From Bacteroidetes bacterium OLB10 (GTDB taxonomy: Bacteria; Bacteroidota; Bacteroidia; AKYH767-A; OLB10), in the NCBI GenBank assembly GCA_001567275.1, contig LNBX01000046.1:129769-193768 (forward strand): a DNA stretch of 64,000 bases. Reading direction: 5' to 3'. The notes below the pieces were generated by a model that saw only the letters and a list, made by a program, of their open reading frames with translations, had not been told where the DNA came from and did no database searches. This document shows positions 33,694-45,527 of the stretch, piece by piece. Positions within the stretch are counted from its first letter, which is position 1. Each line of letters opens with the position of its first letter. Made by a program: the position numbers and the translations under genes.

Positions 33694-34686
33694 TTATTTT
33701 TTTCCAACCATCACAGTCAGTTCGGCAAGCCGAGTGCTGTATCCCATTTCATTATCATACCAACCTACAATCTTTGCCATAGTACCTAACACTGAGGTAA
33801 GCAACGAATCGAAAATACATGAGTATGGATTTCCTATAATGTCGAAAGATACTATAGGGTCTGATGTGTATTCAATAATTCCTTTCATGGTTGTTTCAGA
33901 TGCATTTTTAAATGCTTTGTTAATGCTATCCACATCTGCAGGTTTTTTTAAAATGCAGGTAATATCGGTGAGTGAACCATCTATCACAGGCACTCTTATT
34001 CCTGCTCCGCCAATATTCCCTTTAAGATTTGGAAATATTTCAGTAAGTGCTTTTGCAGCTCCTGTTGTGGTTGGTATGATGGAGTTGGCAGCAGCACGCG
34101 CTCTTCTCAAATCTTTATGAGGTGCATCGTGGATATTCTGATCTCCTGTATAGGCATGCACTGTTGTGATGTAAGCACTTTCTATTCCCCAGTTATCATC
34201 TAAAATTTTCAGCATGGGTGCTGCATTGTTCGTTGTGCAACTTGCATTGGATATTACTTTTTCGCTGCCATCGAGTATATGCTCATTCACACCAAGTACT
34301 ACCGTTTTTAAATCACCTTTTCCGGGAGCTGATATAATAACTTTCCTCGCACCGGCTTTTACATGTGCTTCCGCAAGTTCAGCTTTTGTGAAATGTCCTG
34401 TTGATTCAATCACCACATCTACATTTAATTTTTTCCAGGGCAGGAGTGAAGGATCCTTCTCAGCAAACACAGGAATATCTTTTCCATTGATGACAAGAGA
34501 TTTTTCAGTCGAGCTGACTGTTCCTGAAAATTTACGGTGAATGCTGTCGTATTTAAATAAGTGAGCAAGTGTTTCAGGCGATGTCAAATCGTTGATGGCA
34601 ACAATTTCAACTTCGTTATAGGTAATTAGTTTTTTTAAAACGGTTCTGCCTATCCGTCCAAAACCATTAATTGCAACTCTGATCAT
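33694..34686 (-). CDS. gap: Type I glyceraldehyde-3-phosphate dehydrogenase
   Basis: INGFGRIGR, NASCTTN, PTTTGAAKA, WYDNEMGYS. Confidence 0.96.
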   Translation of the reverse strand: MIRVAINGFGRIGRTVLKKLITYNEVEIVAINDLTSPETLAHLFKYDSIHRKFSGTVSSTEKSLVINGKDIPVFAEKDPSLLPWKKLNVDVVIESTGHFTKAELAEAHVKAGARKVIISAPGKGDLKTVVLGVNEHILDGSEKVISNASCTTNNAAPMLKILDDNWGIESAYITTVHAYTGDQNIHDAPHKDLRRARAAANSIIPTTTGAAKALTEIFPNLKGNIGGAGIRVPVIDGSLTDITCILKKPADVDSINKAFKNASETTMKGIIEYTSDPIVSFDIIGNPYSCIFDSLLTSVLGTMAKIVGWYDNEMGYSTRLAELTVMVGKK

Positions 34687-34698
34687 AATTGATGGAAA

Positions 34699-35574
34699 TT
34701 AATTTTCAATATTAAAAGTAAGATGTCTTTCTGCATGATAACTCGAACGCACCAAAGGTCCGCTTTCGACATACTTAAAACCCATTTCAAGGCCTAATTG
34801 TTTATACTCGGCAAATTTATCAGGGTGAACAAATTCCTGCACAGGCAGATGTTTTGTTGTGGGTCGTAAATATTGTCCAAGTGTTAGAATGTGTACACCG
34901 TTTTCAAGCAAGTCGTTCATCGTTTCAATTACTTCTTCGTGTTTTTCGCCAAGGCCGAGCATAATACCTGATTTGGTACGTAGTTTAAATGCATTGATAC
35001 GTCTTAAAGCTTCAAGGCTGCGTTCGTATTTTGCCTGCACTCTCACCAGTCGTGTTGTTCTGCGAACGGTTTCAATATTGTGGGACATGATTTCCGGCTT
35101 CTCTGTCATCACACGTTCAAGGTTTTCCCATTTACCTGCAAAATCAGGAACCAGTGTTTCCATAGTGGTGCCTGGCGAATACTCGCGAACTTTTCTGATA
35201 GTTTCTGCCCAAATTTCAGATCCTCCGTCTTTCAGGTCGTCACGGTCAACGCTGGTTATCACACAATGTTTAACACGCATCAGTTTTACTGATTCGGCTA
35301 CGCGATGGGGTTCTTCCAAATCGGGAGCCAAAGGTCTTCCTGTGGCAACTGCACAAAACTGACAGGAGCGTGTGCAGATATTTCCAAGTATCATAAAAGT
35401 GGCTGTGCCTGCTCCCCAACATTCGCCCATATTAGGACAGTTGCCACTCTCGCAAATCGTATGTAGTTTATAATTGTCAACCAGCCCACGCACTTTTCTG
35501 TATTCTTCACCGATTGGCAATTTTACTTTCAGCCATTCAGGCTTTTTTATATAATCGCTCTTTTGTTTTATCAT
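34699..35574 (-). CDS. lipA: Lipoyl synthase
   Basis: [30 protein letters not shown] radical-SAM motif, VRSSYHA. The start is ambiguous: ATG 35574, or ATG 35578 with a homopolymer indel. Confidence 0.96.
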   Translation of the reverse strand: MIKQKSDYIKKPEWLKVKLPIGEEYRKVRGLVDNYKLHTICESGNCPNMGECWGAGTATFMILGNICTRSCQFCAVATGRPLAPDLEEPHRVAESVKLMRVKHCVITSVDRDDLKDGGSEIWAETIRKVREYSPGTTMETLVPDFAGKWENLERVMTEKPEIMSHNIETVRRTTRLVRVQAKYERSLEALRRINAFKLRTKSGIMLGLGEKHEEVIETMNDLLENGVHILTLGQYLRPTTKHLPVQEFVHPDKFAEYKQLGLEMGFKYVESGPLVRSSYHAERHLTFNIEN

Positions 35575-35582
35575 CCATTCTG

Positions 35583-35590
35583 CAAAATTA
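35583..35590 (-). promoter_or_regulatory. -7 box (TAATTTTG) for lipA-gap-ctlX
   Basis: TAnnTTTG immediately upstream of the lipA start, implying a very short leader. Confidence 0.55.
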
Positions 35591-35701
35591 GGCAAATTGA
35601 AAGTTAAAGACAGTGTCAGGTTGACTTTGTTTGAATGATATTAAGGCAAATTGATATTTCAGGTTTGAAATAATTACAAAGGTTGGTAAGTAAGAAAAGA
35701 G

Positions 35702-35775
<74 letters not shown>

Positions 35776-35827
35776 AATGTATTTTTCGGGCACGCAAAGA
35801 AAATAAAAATACCTTTCACCATAAAAT

Positions 35828-35860
35828 AAAAAGAGGTCGCCATACAGGCAACCTCTTTTT
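35828..35860 (-). terminator. Intrinsic terminator after the T9SS gene
   Basis: AAAAAGAGGTCGCC-ataca-GGCAACCTCTTTTT hairpin with A/T tails. Confidence 0.75.
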
Positions 35861-35877
35861 ATCCTTAATTCAAAAGA

Positions 35878-38800
35878 TTATTTCGCAATAACCATTTTCT
35901 TCACTATCTGATTGTCATTATGTTTCAGAATGTAGAAGTAAACACCACTTGCCAAATCGCGTGCATTAACTGTTACTGAGTAAGCACCTGCAGAAAGTTC
36001 TGTATTTACAGGTGTCATTAAAACTTTTCCTGTAACATCTACTATACTCAATTGCGTCATGCCATGATCAGCAATGCTGAACGAAATGGTTGTCTGATCG
36101 CTGAATGGATTTGGATTGTTCTGTATCAAATCCATACCATGTGGCAGATCTTCAATTCCTGTAGAGCAGGTAGTAATTGGTGATTTTACTTCAAAACATA
36201 CATCATCAATTGCCCAACCGTCATCACGCACACTGAAGTCAGAATTAAATCTCCAACGGAATATAATTTGTTGTGTGCCTGCAACCGGAAGACATAAATC
36301 ATGATTTACCTGATTCCATCCGTTGCTGTTGCCTGACCATCCCGGGTGAACAGGAGGAACAGATCCTAAAGCAGTAATGCTGTAAGTATTCATCCAGTTT
36401 GGATCATGGTCGTCACCAAGTGCAGTCCATGTATTTCCAAAGTCTGTAGAGTATTCAACGGTACCTCCATCTTCATTACGCTCTGTCATAAAGCTATGCC
36501 AGAAGTTCAGATTATAAGTTAATCCTCCTGTTACAGAAAATACAGGTGAATAAAGAGCTGAAGTATCACGGTTAGGATATTGACTGGTAAGGCTGGTGAA
36601 CCATGCATTTACCGGACTGTGAGGACCGCCAAATTTTCCTGATGTACCTAAATCCCAGCTTGTGTTATTGGTATATGATGAAGCATTTAATGTTACCCAG
36701 CGATAACCACTTTCAAAGTCATAACATTTCTGAGTGGCATTGGCATTTACTGAAGCTGAATCAAATACCTGTATCACAAAGCAAACAGTATCGCCAATAG
36801 GTTTAAGATCGGCAGACTGATTTGGATAATAAGTAGAAACACACACATCATGATATCCCGGTGATGCTGCCCATGAATTGGCAAACGTATAGAACATAGA
36901 TGTGCTAGGCGCTAATGGTGTACCCGGAACAACAGTATCATTTGAAATGATTGTACCGTCAATAGACAGTGTTGCTACAAGACTTGTTACTGCAGAAGTT
37001 CCGTCATTGAAAATTTTTGACTTGAATAGAATATTCTGACCCGGCAAAATAAATGGAGGTCCGGGATTAGCTGTTGAAACTTGTAATGGTGTAACGGTTA
37101 ATGGTACAGGTACAGTCATACAGAAATTATCAATAGAGTAACCATCTGCTTGCACAGATGCATCACTAGTGAAGATAAATCTGAACTGTACCTGCGGCTG
37201 GTTGTCAAAAATACTTCCCAGTCGTGTATAAGTTCTGAACCATCCTGCCGGAAGCGAACAATTCTGGGTTCCTGCAGTCCATGCATATTGTGTTGATGAA
37301 TTCAAACTTGATTCATTATACCAGTTATATTGGCTGTTGAATACAGTATCACATGGTGTTCCTAAAATCGTCCAGGGACCATTTCCAATTCTATATTCCA
37401 TACGAGTTCCGTCCCAACCTGATTCAGAAGCAACATTCTGATAAAATTCAAGTCGCGTATCTACTGCATTCGATAAATCAAATATCGGAGTATATAATTC
37501 AGCATTTGCAGAGGGGCCATAAGAACTTGTCAGATTGATATCCCAACAATTTACGCCACTGTAAGCTGTATTGGTAGTACCGAAATTTGGAGTACCGAAT
37601 TCCCAGTTGGTATCCGGTGGTCCGGGATTTTTTGCCGTCCATCCGATATTTCCGTTTTCAAAATCATCACAATACGAATTATTGTAATTAACGGTTATAA
37701 TCGGAACACCAACTGCACTGCCCGGCAATGAGTCATTAGCCGGTTCACAATCACCACCGGTAAGATCTGTCCATGCTAATATAGTGTATTGACCTCCGGG
37801 AGTTGTATATGAAGTAGGCAGAATTAATGTTACATTTCCGTTTGGAGCTAAAGTGCCTGTCCATGTATATGGAGGATTGATAACCGTACCGTTTATAGAG
37901 TAAGAAATATTGACACTGTTAACAGTGTTTGTTCCATAATTATGGATAATAACTCTTATTGAATCCTGTGTTCCTGCGGGCAATGTGTTACCCAGGAAAG
38001 TGTTATAAGAACCTACTGTAGTAACACCTACATCGTTAGGACAGGGTATTGTTACACAGAAATCGTCAATAGATACACCATCGCCTCCTACTGAGAATAC
38101 AGAAGCAGCAAAAATGAATCTGAAACGTATGGTTGTAGGATTGGATGCCAATATATTATTAAGGAAATAGGTAGATTTAATCCATCCTGAAGAATTGCCG
38201 CTGAATGCAGGTAGGCTGGTATTATTCAAATTGGCATTATTATACCAATTGGAAGAGTTTGGATCAGCAACTGAACCTAAACGTATCCAGTTATTACCGT
38301 TAAGAGTATATTCCACCCAGAATCCATCAGAGGCGGAAGTATTATGATTGCGCCAGAACGACATGCTAAGGTTACTTGCTGTCAAACCGGTTACATCATA
38401 TATTGGAGTAAATAAAGTATCCGTTTCATTTGCAAAATAAGCTGAAGCAAGGTTGATATCCCATGCATTTACTCCTGAGTGAGCACCTGAAGTAGCTCCA
38501 TAAGCAGGAGTTCCCAATTGCCACTGATTACCTCCACCGGTTGGTGTTGAAACCCATCCGTTGTTTCCAGATTCAAAATCATCACATGAAGTAAGAGTTA
38601 ATACAGGAATTCCAACACCACTCATACATGTTGTGTCATTAAATGCCAATCCATCATTTGGTAAGGAAGTATATGCACACAAACTAAATGCGCCTGATGG
38701 TATGGTATAACATGGAGTAATGGTAAACTGTGTAGATGCTCCGGGGGCAAGTGTTCCTGTCCATGTAGCTGTTTGTGTGTTACCTTGTCCGTCAGTATAA

Positions 38801-40433
38801 GTTACAGGAGTAGAGGTTATAGCTGACTGCCAAAGTTGGTAATGGTCACTTCTACCGGAATACATAATCCTGCAGGTGCCTGTGTCGGAGGTTGTGATAT
38901 TAATGTTACTCCTGCATCCTGTGGTGGTGGTACAAATATGCAAAGGTCATCTATGGCAAAACCATCAGATGTTACAGATGCATCAGAAGTGAATACAAAA
39001 CGAAGTAAAACGCTTGGCTGATTGTCAAGCATACTTAATTTATGCATTGCTTTAAACCATCCTGCCGCACCTGAAATGGTAGTACTGTTACCTGACCATC
39101 CCGGCTGACTGCTGGAGTTGATGTTAGTGGTATTATACCAGTTGCTGCCAATCGGGAATACATCTCCAACAGCTCCAACAATATTCCAGGTAGTTCCATT
39201 ATCCAATGAGTAATCTAATCTCACGCCATCCCAGTTCTGTTCTGAATTGGCATTTAACCAAACTTCTATCTGCGCATTAAACACGCCAAGGAAAGATAAC
39301 GGAGGAGAAGTTAAATATGCTTGTGAGCTGTTAGCGTATTGTGCATTCAAAGCCACTTCCCAGATATTAGGACTGGAATGTGCTGAACCCGGCCATCCGG
39401 TAGGAACACCAAGCCCCCAGTGCGATGAGGATGCATTACCTACGGTTTCTGTCCATATATTCTGGTTATCAAAATTATCACAGTAAGGGAAAGTTATACC
39501 CTGCGAAGCCACAAAACTTACACAGGTTCCGTTATTAGGGAATGTTTCCGAGTTAAAACAGCCGGAGTTATCTATGGCTGTAATGGTATAACAAATAGTG
39601 TCACCATCATTCACGGCAGGCAGTGAAACGGTAAAATCTCCATTGCCCATATCGGTCATTGGAAGACTGTTTGGAGCACCATTATTGACTGTATAATCAC
39701 AAGTTGCAACCAGAATTCCTGATGCATCATTAATCTGAGCTGTAATGGTAAATGGTCCAAGATTATAAACGGTTCCCTGAGGGTATCCATTGTTGAATGT
39801 AATGGTAGGAGGTACTAACTCACATACGGCTGCCTGAATGCAAATATCATCAATAAACCATCCCGGATATCCGCCTGAACCACCACCATTGGCGTCTGTT
39901 GATTTAAAACGCAAACGGAAATCCGTTGCTCCTCCATATTGTGAGAGGTCAAATCGGGCAAGATGCCACATGGAGTTATCAGTTATCGTAGTAACATCTC
40001 CGGGCAGCCAGTCCAATGATGTAGCAGATGACCAATATAACTGACCTGAAAATGCTGCATAATCAGGCAATGTATTGTCAAATTCAGCCGGGGTTAAAGT
40101 TGTCCAGGTTTGACCACCGTCAATAGAAATTTCTACATCTCCACGGTCAAAGAAATCAATACGGCAAATTTGCCTGTATGTCAAAGTTACATAGAAGTAT
40201 CCAGAAAGATCTATCGGATCTGTTTCGAGATAAGTTGTAACTCCGTTCTGTATGGACGCTGAATCGCAACCGTTGCCGGTAAATGCTAATCGTGTGTTCT
40301 TAACCCAGGCATTGACCGGAGTAGATGTAACCACATCAATGGTATCCATGTTTTCCTCGAAATAACAGTTGGATTGCGAAAATCCCCACAAGGTTGTTAA
40401 ACCGAGACAAAGTGTAGTAAACAGTTTTTTCAT
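35878..40433 (-). CDS. T9SS type A surface protein (~1520 aa) with five beta-sandwich domains alternating with Ig/CARDB-like domains; 1-nt frameshift at about 38822
   Basis: ORFs 38817..40433 and 35878..38943 join at ITNFGSQ-x-ITSTPVTY. Five D-G/R-x-x-x-E/D-Y/I-S..G..W / F-R-F / I-D-D/N-x-C units; QNNPNPF..GVYFY..KKMVIAK CTD. Confidence 0.85.
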
Positions 40434-40784
40434 TACTTTGATTTTTAGCTACTATAATTAATATTTGATTTTTAAGGATTTCAAAAGTAGGTATTTATTA
40501 GATAAACAAGTAGGTAAAGCATAAAAAAGTTAAAAAAAATTTTGAGGTTTAGTTTGAATTATTTTTCTTTACATCCTCATTCCTATAGTCCTTCAGTCGT
40601 ATGGCTCGTTTTAATGAAGATTATACTTACAGGGATTACAGTTTCCTTCAGGAGATGGGTACGGTTGTTATCCTGCTTCTCATTTTCATTTATTTTTTCA
40701 TCACACATTACAATTTTTTAATTTTTTTATCTCCCGTAAAATAATTTTACCGCTGCATTTCCGGTAAATTTTGTTTTAATAAAC

Positions 40785-40792
40785 TAATTTTG
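40785..40792 (+). promoter_or_regulatory. -7 box (TAATTTTG) for sucC-speB-hydroxylase
   Basis: TAnnTTTG 20 nt upstream of the sucC ATG. Confidence 0.55.
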
Positions 40793-40811
40793 TCAAAATT
40801 TTTTTCGCTTT

Positions 40812-42005
40812 ATGAATATTCATGAATATCAGGGTAAGTCCATACTCAAGTCTTTTGGTGTGGCCATTCAGGAAGGTATTGTTGCCGATACACCTCAGGA
40901 GGCAGTTGATGCAGCCAAAGAATTACAAAAACAAACAGGTACCAATTTTTGGGTAGTTAAAGCCCAGATTCATGCAGGTGGCCGCGGCAAAGGAGGAGGA
41001 GTTAAACTTGCTAAATCGCTCGATGAGGTGAAGGAAAAAGCTTCTGCTATTATTGGAATGCAACTGATAACTCCGCAAACAGGTCCACAGGGCAAAAAAG
41101 TCAATAAAGTACTCATCGCTCAGGATGTATATTATCCCGGTCCGTCAAAAACTTCAGAGTTCTACATGAGTGTTTTGCTTAACCGTGCTGCAGGACGAAA
41201 TATCATCATGTATTCTACCGAAGGAGGTATGGATATTGAAGAAGTAGCTGCCAAAACTCCCGACAAAATTTTTAAAGAAGAGGTTGATCCCAAGGTAGGG
41301 TTGCAGGCATTTCAGGCACGAAAAATTGCTTTCAACTTAGGACTTAGCGGCAATGCATTTAAAGAAATGACAAAGTTTGTTTCAGCATTATATAAAGCTT
41401 ATTTAAGTTGCGATGCTTCGCTTTTTGAAATCAATCCGGTTTTAAAAACTTCTGATGACAAAATTATGGCTGTTGATGCCAAAGTAAATCTGGATGAAAA
41501 CGCATTGTACCGTCATCCTGATTATGAAGCCATGCGCGACAAAACCGAAGAAGATCCTACTGAAGTAGAAGCAGCTGAACATGATTTGAACTATGTAAAG
41601 CTTGATGGCAATGTAGGTTGTATGGTCAATGGTGCCGGTCTTGCAATGGCCACTATGGATATTATCAAACTCTCCGGTGGCGAACCTGCCAACTTCCTCG
41701 ATGTTGGCGGAACTGCAAATGCGGCTCGCGTAGAGCAGGCCTTCCGCATCATTCTCAAAGACCCGCATGTAAAAGCCATTCTCGTAAATATTTTCGGAGG
41801 TATTGTCCGTTGCGACCGTGTAGCACAGGGCATTGTAGATGCTTATAATAATATCGGATCCATTCCTGTTCCCATCATTGTAAGATTGCAGGGCACCAAT
41901 GCCGAAGAAGCAAAATCTATTATTGACAAATCAGGCCTCAAAGTGTTTTCAGCAATTCAACTGAAAGAGGCAGCAGCGTTGGTTAAAGAAAAAATTGCAT
42001 CATGA
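40812..42005 (+). CDS. sucC: Succinate--CoA ligase beta subunit
   Basis: MNIHEYQGK, KAQIHAGGRGKGGGV, GCMVNGAGLAMAT, NFLDVGG, NIFGGIVRCD. Confidence 0.97.
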   Translation: MNIHEYQGKSILKSFGVAIQEGIVADTPQEAVDAAKELQKQTGTNFWVVKAQIHAGGRGKGGGVKLAKSLDEVKEKASAIIGMQLITPQTGPQGKKVNKVLIAQDVYYPGPSKTSEFYMSVLLNRAAGRNIIMYSTEGGMDIEEVAAKTPDKIFKEEVDPKVGLQAFQARKIAFNLGLSGNAFKEMTKFVSALYKAYLSCDASLFEINPVLKTSDDKIMAVDAKVNLDENALYRHPDYEAMRDKTEEDPTEVEAAEHDLNYVKLDGNVGCMVNGAGLAMATMDIIKLSGGEPANFLDVGGTANAARVEQAFRIILKDPHVKAILVNIFGGIVRCDRVAQGIVDAYNNIGSIPVPIIVRLQGTNAEEAKSIIDKSGLKVFSAIQLKEAAALVKEKIAS

Positions 42006-42904
42006 TAAAAGCACTCGGAACTGCACAAAATTTTCTCGGCATTCCCGAAGAAGAATTTTTTTCTTATGCCAATTCCCATTATGTCATTCAGCAGGTTCCT
42101 TATGAATATACAAGTTCATATCTTTCAGGCTCCGACAAAGGTCCTGCTGCCATTGTCAGAGCATCTCAGTATGTCGAGCTTTATGATGAAGAACTCGACA
42201 TGGAAACTTACCGCAAAGCAGGAATTGCCACTTTAAAACCTCTCGATTTCAAAGGCCGCCACGACAAGAAAGCTGTTGACTTTATCGAAGAGCAGACATC
42301 ACTCTTGCTCAAAGACAAAAAGTTTGTGGTTTCATTAGGTGCCGAGCATACCGTTACACTCGGATTTGTAAAAGCTCATCAGAAGTTTTTCAAAAATTTT
42401 TCTGTATTGCAGATAGATGCACACAGCGATTTGCGCGAAGCATATCACAGCAATCCTTACTCGCATGCCAGTGTTATGAAACGTATCCACGACCTTGGCA
42501 TTCCACTGGTGCAGGTGGGCATACGTGCTCAGTGTATTGAAGAAGCACAGCTGATTAAAAAATCAAAATCAATTCATACCTATTATGCACATCAGATTCG
42601 CAGCAACAGCAAGTGGGCCGATAAAGTGGTGGCCGATTTGTCTGACAATGTGTATGTAACCATTGATGCAGATGGATTTGATCCTTCTATTATGCCTGCC
42701 GTTGGCACTGCCGAACCAAATGGACTTTTCTGGAGTGAAACATTGAATATGCTTCAGAAAGTAGCTTCTCAGAAAAATATTATCGGTTTCGATATTGTGG
42801 AATGTGCTCCCGCCAAAGGAAGCATTCTCTCTGAATTTACTTTGGCAAAACTTGCTTACCGGTTAATTGGTTATATAGAAAAGTACAAAAAGAAGCGGAA
42901 GTAA
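42002..42904 (+). CDS. speB: Agmatinase (ureohydrolase family)
   Basis: LGAEHT, QIDAHSDLR, SHAS, TIDADGFDPSIMPAVGTAEPNG. Confidence 0.88.
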   Translation: MIKALGTAQNFLGIPEEEFFSYANSHYVIQQVPYEYTSSYLSGSDKGPAAIVRASQYVELYDEELDMETYRKAGIATLKPLDFKGRHDKKAVDFIEEQTSLLLKDKKFVVSLGAEHTVTLGFVKAHQKFFKNFSVLQIDAHSDLREAYHSNPYSHASVMKRIHDLGIPLVQVGIRAQCIEEAQLIKKSKSIHTYYAHQIRSNSKWADKVVADLSDNVYVTIDADGFDPSIMPAVGTAEPNGLFWSETLNMLQKVASQKNIIGFDIVECAPAKGSILSEFTLAKLAYRLIGYIEKYKKKRK

Positions 42905-42924
42905 TTTTTATTAATACATAGTGT

Positions 42925-43578
42925 ATGGAGAACTTTAAAGTTTCAAATAAGGGTTCTGCAACATTGTTTAAGAACTCTTTTCTCGAACGTCTCACACGTA
43001 CCAATTTCTTAGTGCCTGTATTACTTTATTCTTTTACCGGTGTGGCAGTAGCGGTGTATGCTGCATGGTCATTACCACTGCCTGTTTATGCACTGGTGCT
43101 TTTGTTTTTTGCAGGATGGATGGTGTTTACTTTATTCGAATATCTCATTCATCGTTTTCTTTTTCATTTCGAAGCCATCACCCAAAAGCAAAAGGAAGTG
43201 CAGTACAAAATTCACGGAGTGCATCATCATTTTCCAAAAGACAAAGACCGTCTGGCCATGCCTGTTGTGCTTTCGCTGGTGCTTGCTGCAATGTTCTTTT
43301 TCCTTTTCACATTTTTATTGGGGAAAAACGGATATCCTTTTTTCGCAGGATTCATCATAGGCTATGCAGCTTATTTATATATTCATTATGCCGTGCATCG
43401 CTACCGTCAGCCGCATAATTTCCTCAGTATTTTGTGGAAGCATCACAGCCTCCATCACTACAAATCCGAAAATACTGCCTTTGCTGTTTCCAATCCGTTG
43501 TGGGATTATGTTTTTGGAACTTTACCTCCCAAAAAGGCAATAAAAAAGGAAGACATCGAACGTCTTCCTGATGAATAA
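42925..43578 (+). CDS. Fatty-acid hydroxylase / sterol desaturase family (FA2H/Scs7-like)
   Basis: His boxes HRFLFH, HGVHH, HYAVH and HHSLHH; LFKNSFLERLTRT, PKDKDRLAMP, WDYVFGT. Confidence 0.88.
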   Translation: MENFKVSNKGSATLFKNSFLERLTRTNFLVPVLLYSFTGVAVAVYAAWSLPLPVYALVLLFFAGWMVFTLFEYLIHRFLFHFEAITQKQKEVQYKIHGVHHHFPKDKDRLAMPVVLSLVLAAMFFFLFTFLLGKNGYPFFAGFIIGYAAYLYIHYAVHRYRQPHNFLSILWKHHSLHHYKSENTAFAVSNPLWDYVFGTLPPKKAIKKEDIERLPDE

Positions 43579-43599
43579 AATATTTATTAAAAGCCTTGC

Positions 43600-45306
43600 T
43601 TAACTGTTCATCGAAATCAGAAACTCCTCATTCGATTTAGTACCTCTCAGTCTTTCGAGCAAAAACTCCATTGCCTCCATTGGATTCATATCGGCAAGGT
43701 GATTGCGCAGCACCCACATACGCTCCAGCATTTTTCTGTCGAGTAACAAGTCTTCTCTCCTTGTACTTGATGCCACAAGGTCAATAGCCGGATAAACACG
43801 CTTGTTGCTGAGTTTGCGATCCAGTTGCAACTCCATGTTTCCTGTTCCTTTAAACTCTTCAAAAATCACTTCGTCCATACGCGAACCGGTGTCAATAAGT
43901 GCTGTGGCTATAATGGTCAGCGAACCTCCTTTTTCAATCTTACGCGCAGCTCCAAAAAATCTTTTTGGCTTATGCAGTGCATTTGAGTCCACACCTCCCG
44001 ACAATATTTTTCCTGATGCAGGTGCCGTAGTGTTGTAGGCACGTGCCAGTCGTGTTATCGAGTCAAGCACTATCACCACATCATGTCCGCATTCCACCAA
44101 TCGCTTGGCTTTCTCCAATACAAGATTGGCAATTTTCACATGCTTCTCGGCAGGCTCATCAAAGGTTGATGATATTACTTCTGCTTTCACACTGCGTGCC
44201 ATATCTGTTACCTCTTCAGGGCGCTCATCTATCAGCAATACTATCAGATATACCTCCGGGTGATTGGCTGCAATGGCATTGGCTACTTCTTTCAGCAAAA
44301 CAGTTTTTCCTGTTTTGGGTTGAGCTACTATCAGTCCGCGCTGTCCTTTACCTATGGGAGCAAACATATCCATGATGCGTGTACTCATCGTACTGTTTTC
44401 GCCCGAAAGGTTCAGTTTTTCATGCGGAAACAGCGGAGTCAGATAATCAAACGGAATGCGGTCTCTCACTATCGTTGGCTCTAATCCGTTAATCATTTCT
44501 ACTTTGGTAAGCGGAAAAAATTTCTCTCCCTCACGCGGTGGTCTTACTTTTCCTCTCACCGTATCACCTGTTTTCAGAGCAAATGCTTTTATCTGCGATT
44601 GCCCTACATACACATCGTCCGGTGAACTCAGATAATCATAATCAGATGAACGCAAAAAACCATATCCTTCCTGCATGATCTCAAGCACACCTTCAGCATT
44701 AATCACACTGTCAAATTCAGTGTATTCACTATTCTGATTTCTGTATTGGTTTTGTTGAAAATTATTTTGTTGATTGTTGTTATGCTCTGTAAATCTGCGT
44801 TCGCGGTTTCGTTCACGGTTCTGGTAATCGCCTTGTGGAGCAGGGGTAGTGGCAGGAGCAGGCACTGCAGATTTTTCTTCTGTTGGGCTGCTTGCCGGTT
44901 CAGCAGTTGCAGCAGCCACTGCCGGTTGCTGCACAATTTGTGTGGTAGTATTTTCTTTCCTCTGAGCCACTCCTTCCGGTATCACTCGCTTTCTGCGGGG
45001 GCGCTCAGCTTCCTGAGTATTCTCCTCTGTTGTTTCAGGTTTTTGCTCTGCTAATGCAGGTGCCTCAACTTCTTCAGGCTTACTTTCTTTTTTCTCAGCC
45101 TTGGGTTTGTCTTCCTTTACCTTTTCAGGCTTGGCTTTCTCCTGTTTTTTGGCTTTGGCAAGTTCCGGATGTATGGCCTGATGATCCAGAATTTTATAAA
45201 TTAAATCTTGCTTTTTCAGGCCTTCATAGTGTTCAATGTTTAGTCCTTTAGCTATCTCGCGCAGTTCGGCAACGAGTTTGTCGCTAAGCTCAAGTATGTC
45301 GTACAT
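43600..45306 (-). CDS. rho: Transcription termination factor Rho with N-terminal insertion
   Basis: [60 protein letters not shown]. Confidence 0.98.
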   Translation of the reverse strand: MYDILELSDKLVAELREIAKGLNIEHYEGLKKQDLIYKILDHQAIHPELAKAKKQEKAKPEKVKEDKPKAEKKESKPEEVEAPALAEQKPETTEENTQEAERPRRKRVIPEGVAQRKENTTTQIVQQPAVAAATAEPASSPTEEKSAVPAPATTPAPQGDYQNRERNRERRFTEHNNNQQNNFQQNQYRNQNSEYTEFDSVINAEGVLEIMQEGYGFLRSSDYDYLSSPDDVYVGQSQIKAFALKTGDTVRGKVRPPREGEKFFPLTKVEMINGLEPTIVRDRIPFDYLTPLFPHEKLNLSGENSTMSTRIMDMFAPIGKGQRGLIVAQPKTGKTVLLKEVANAIAANHPEVYLIVLLIDERPEEVTDMARSVKAEVISSTFDEPAEKHVKIANLVLEKAKRLVECGHDVVIVLDSITRLARAYNTTAPASGKILSGGVDSNALHKPKRFFGAARKIEKGGSLTIIATALIDTGSRMDEVIFEEFKGTGNMELQLDRKLSNKRVYPAIDLVASSTRREDLLLDRKMLERMWVLRNHLADMNPMEAMEFLLERLRGTKSNEEFLISMNS

Positions 45307-45430
45307 GAATTAAATTGATATAAATAAAAAAATAAATGTGGCTTTGTATTATTTAAACAGAAATGTTTTATGGATGCCGGTTATCTGAACGCACAAAAAA
45401 AGATTATGGTTTAACGCTCAGAATGCGCTG

Positions 45431-45462
45431 CAAACGTATAACAAAAATTCCGGTTGTGCAAA
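45431..45462 (-). promoter_or_regulatory. Bacteroidota -33/-7 promoter of rho
   Basis: Minus strand TTTG (45459-45462), a 20-nt spacer, then TACGTTTG (45431-45438). Confidence 0.7.
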
Positions 45463-45527
45463 TGCTTCATCAAAATATATTCACTTACATGTATCTTTAC
45501 CGCACCATAATTTTTTAACAACTATTC

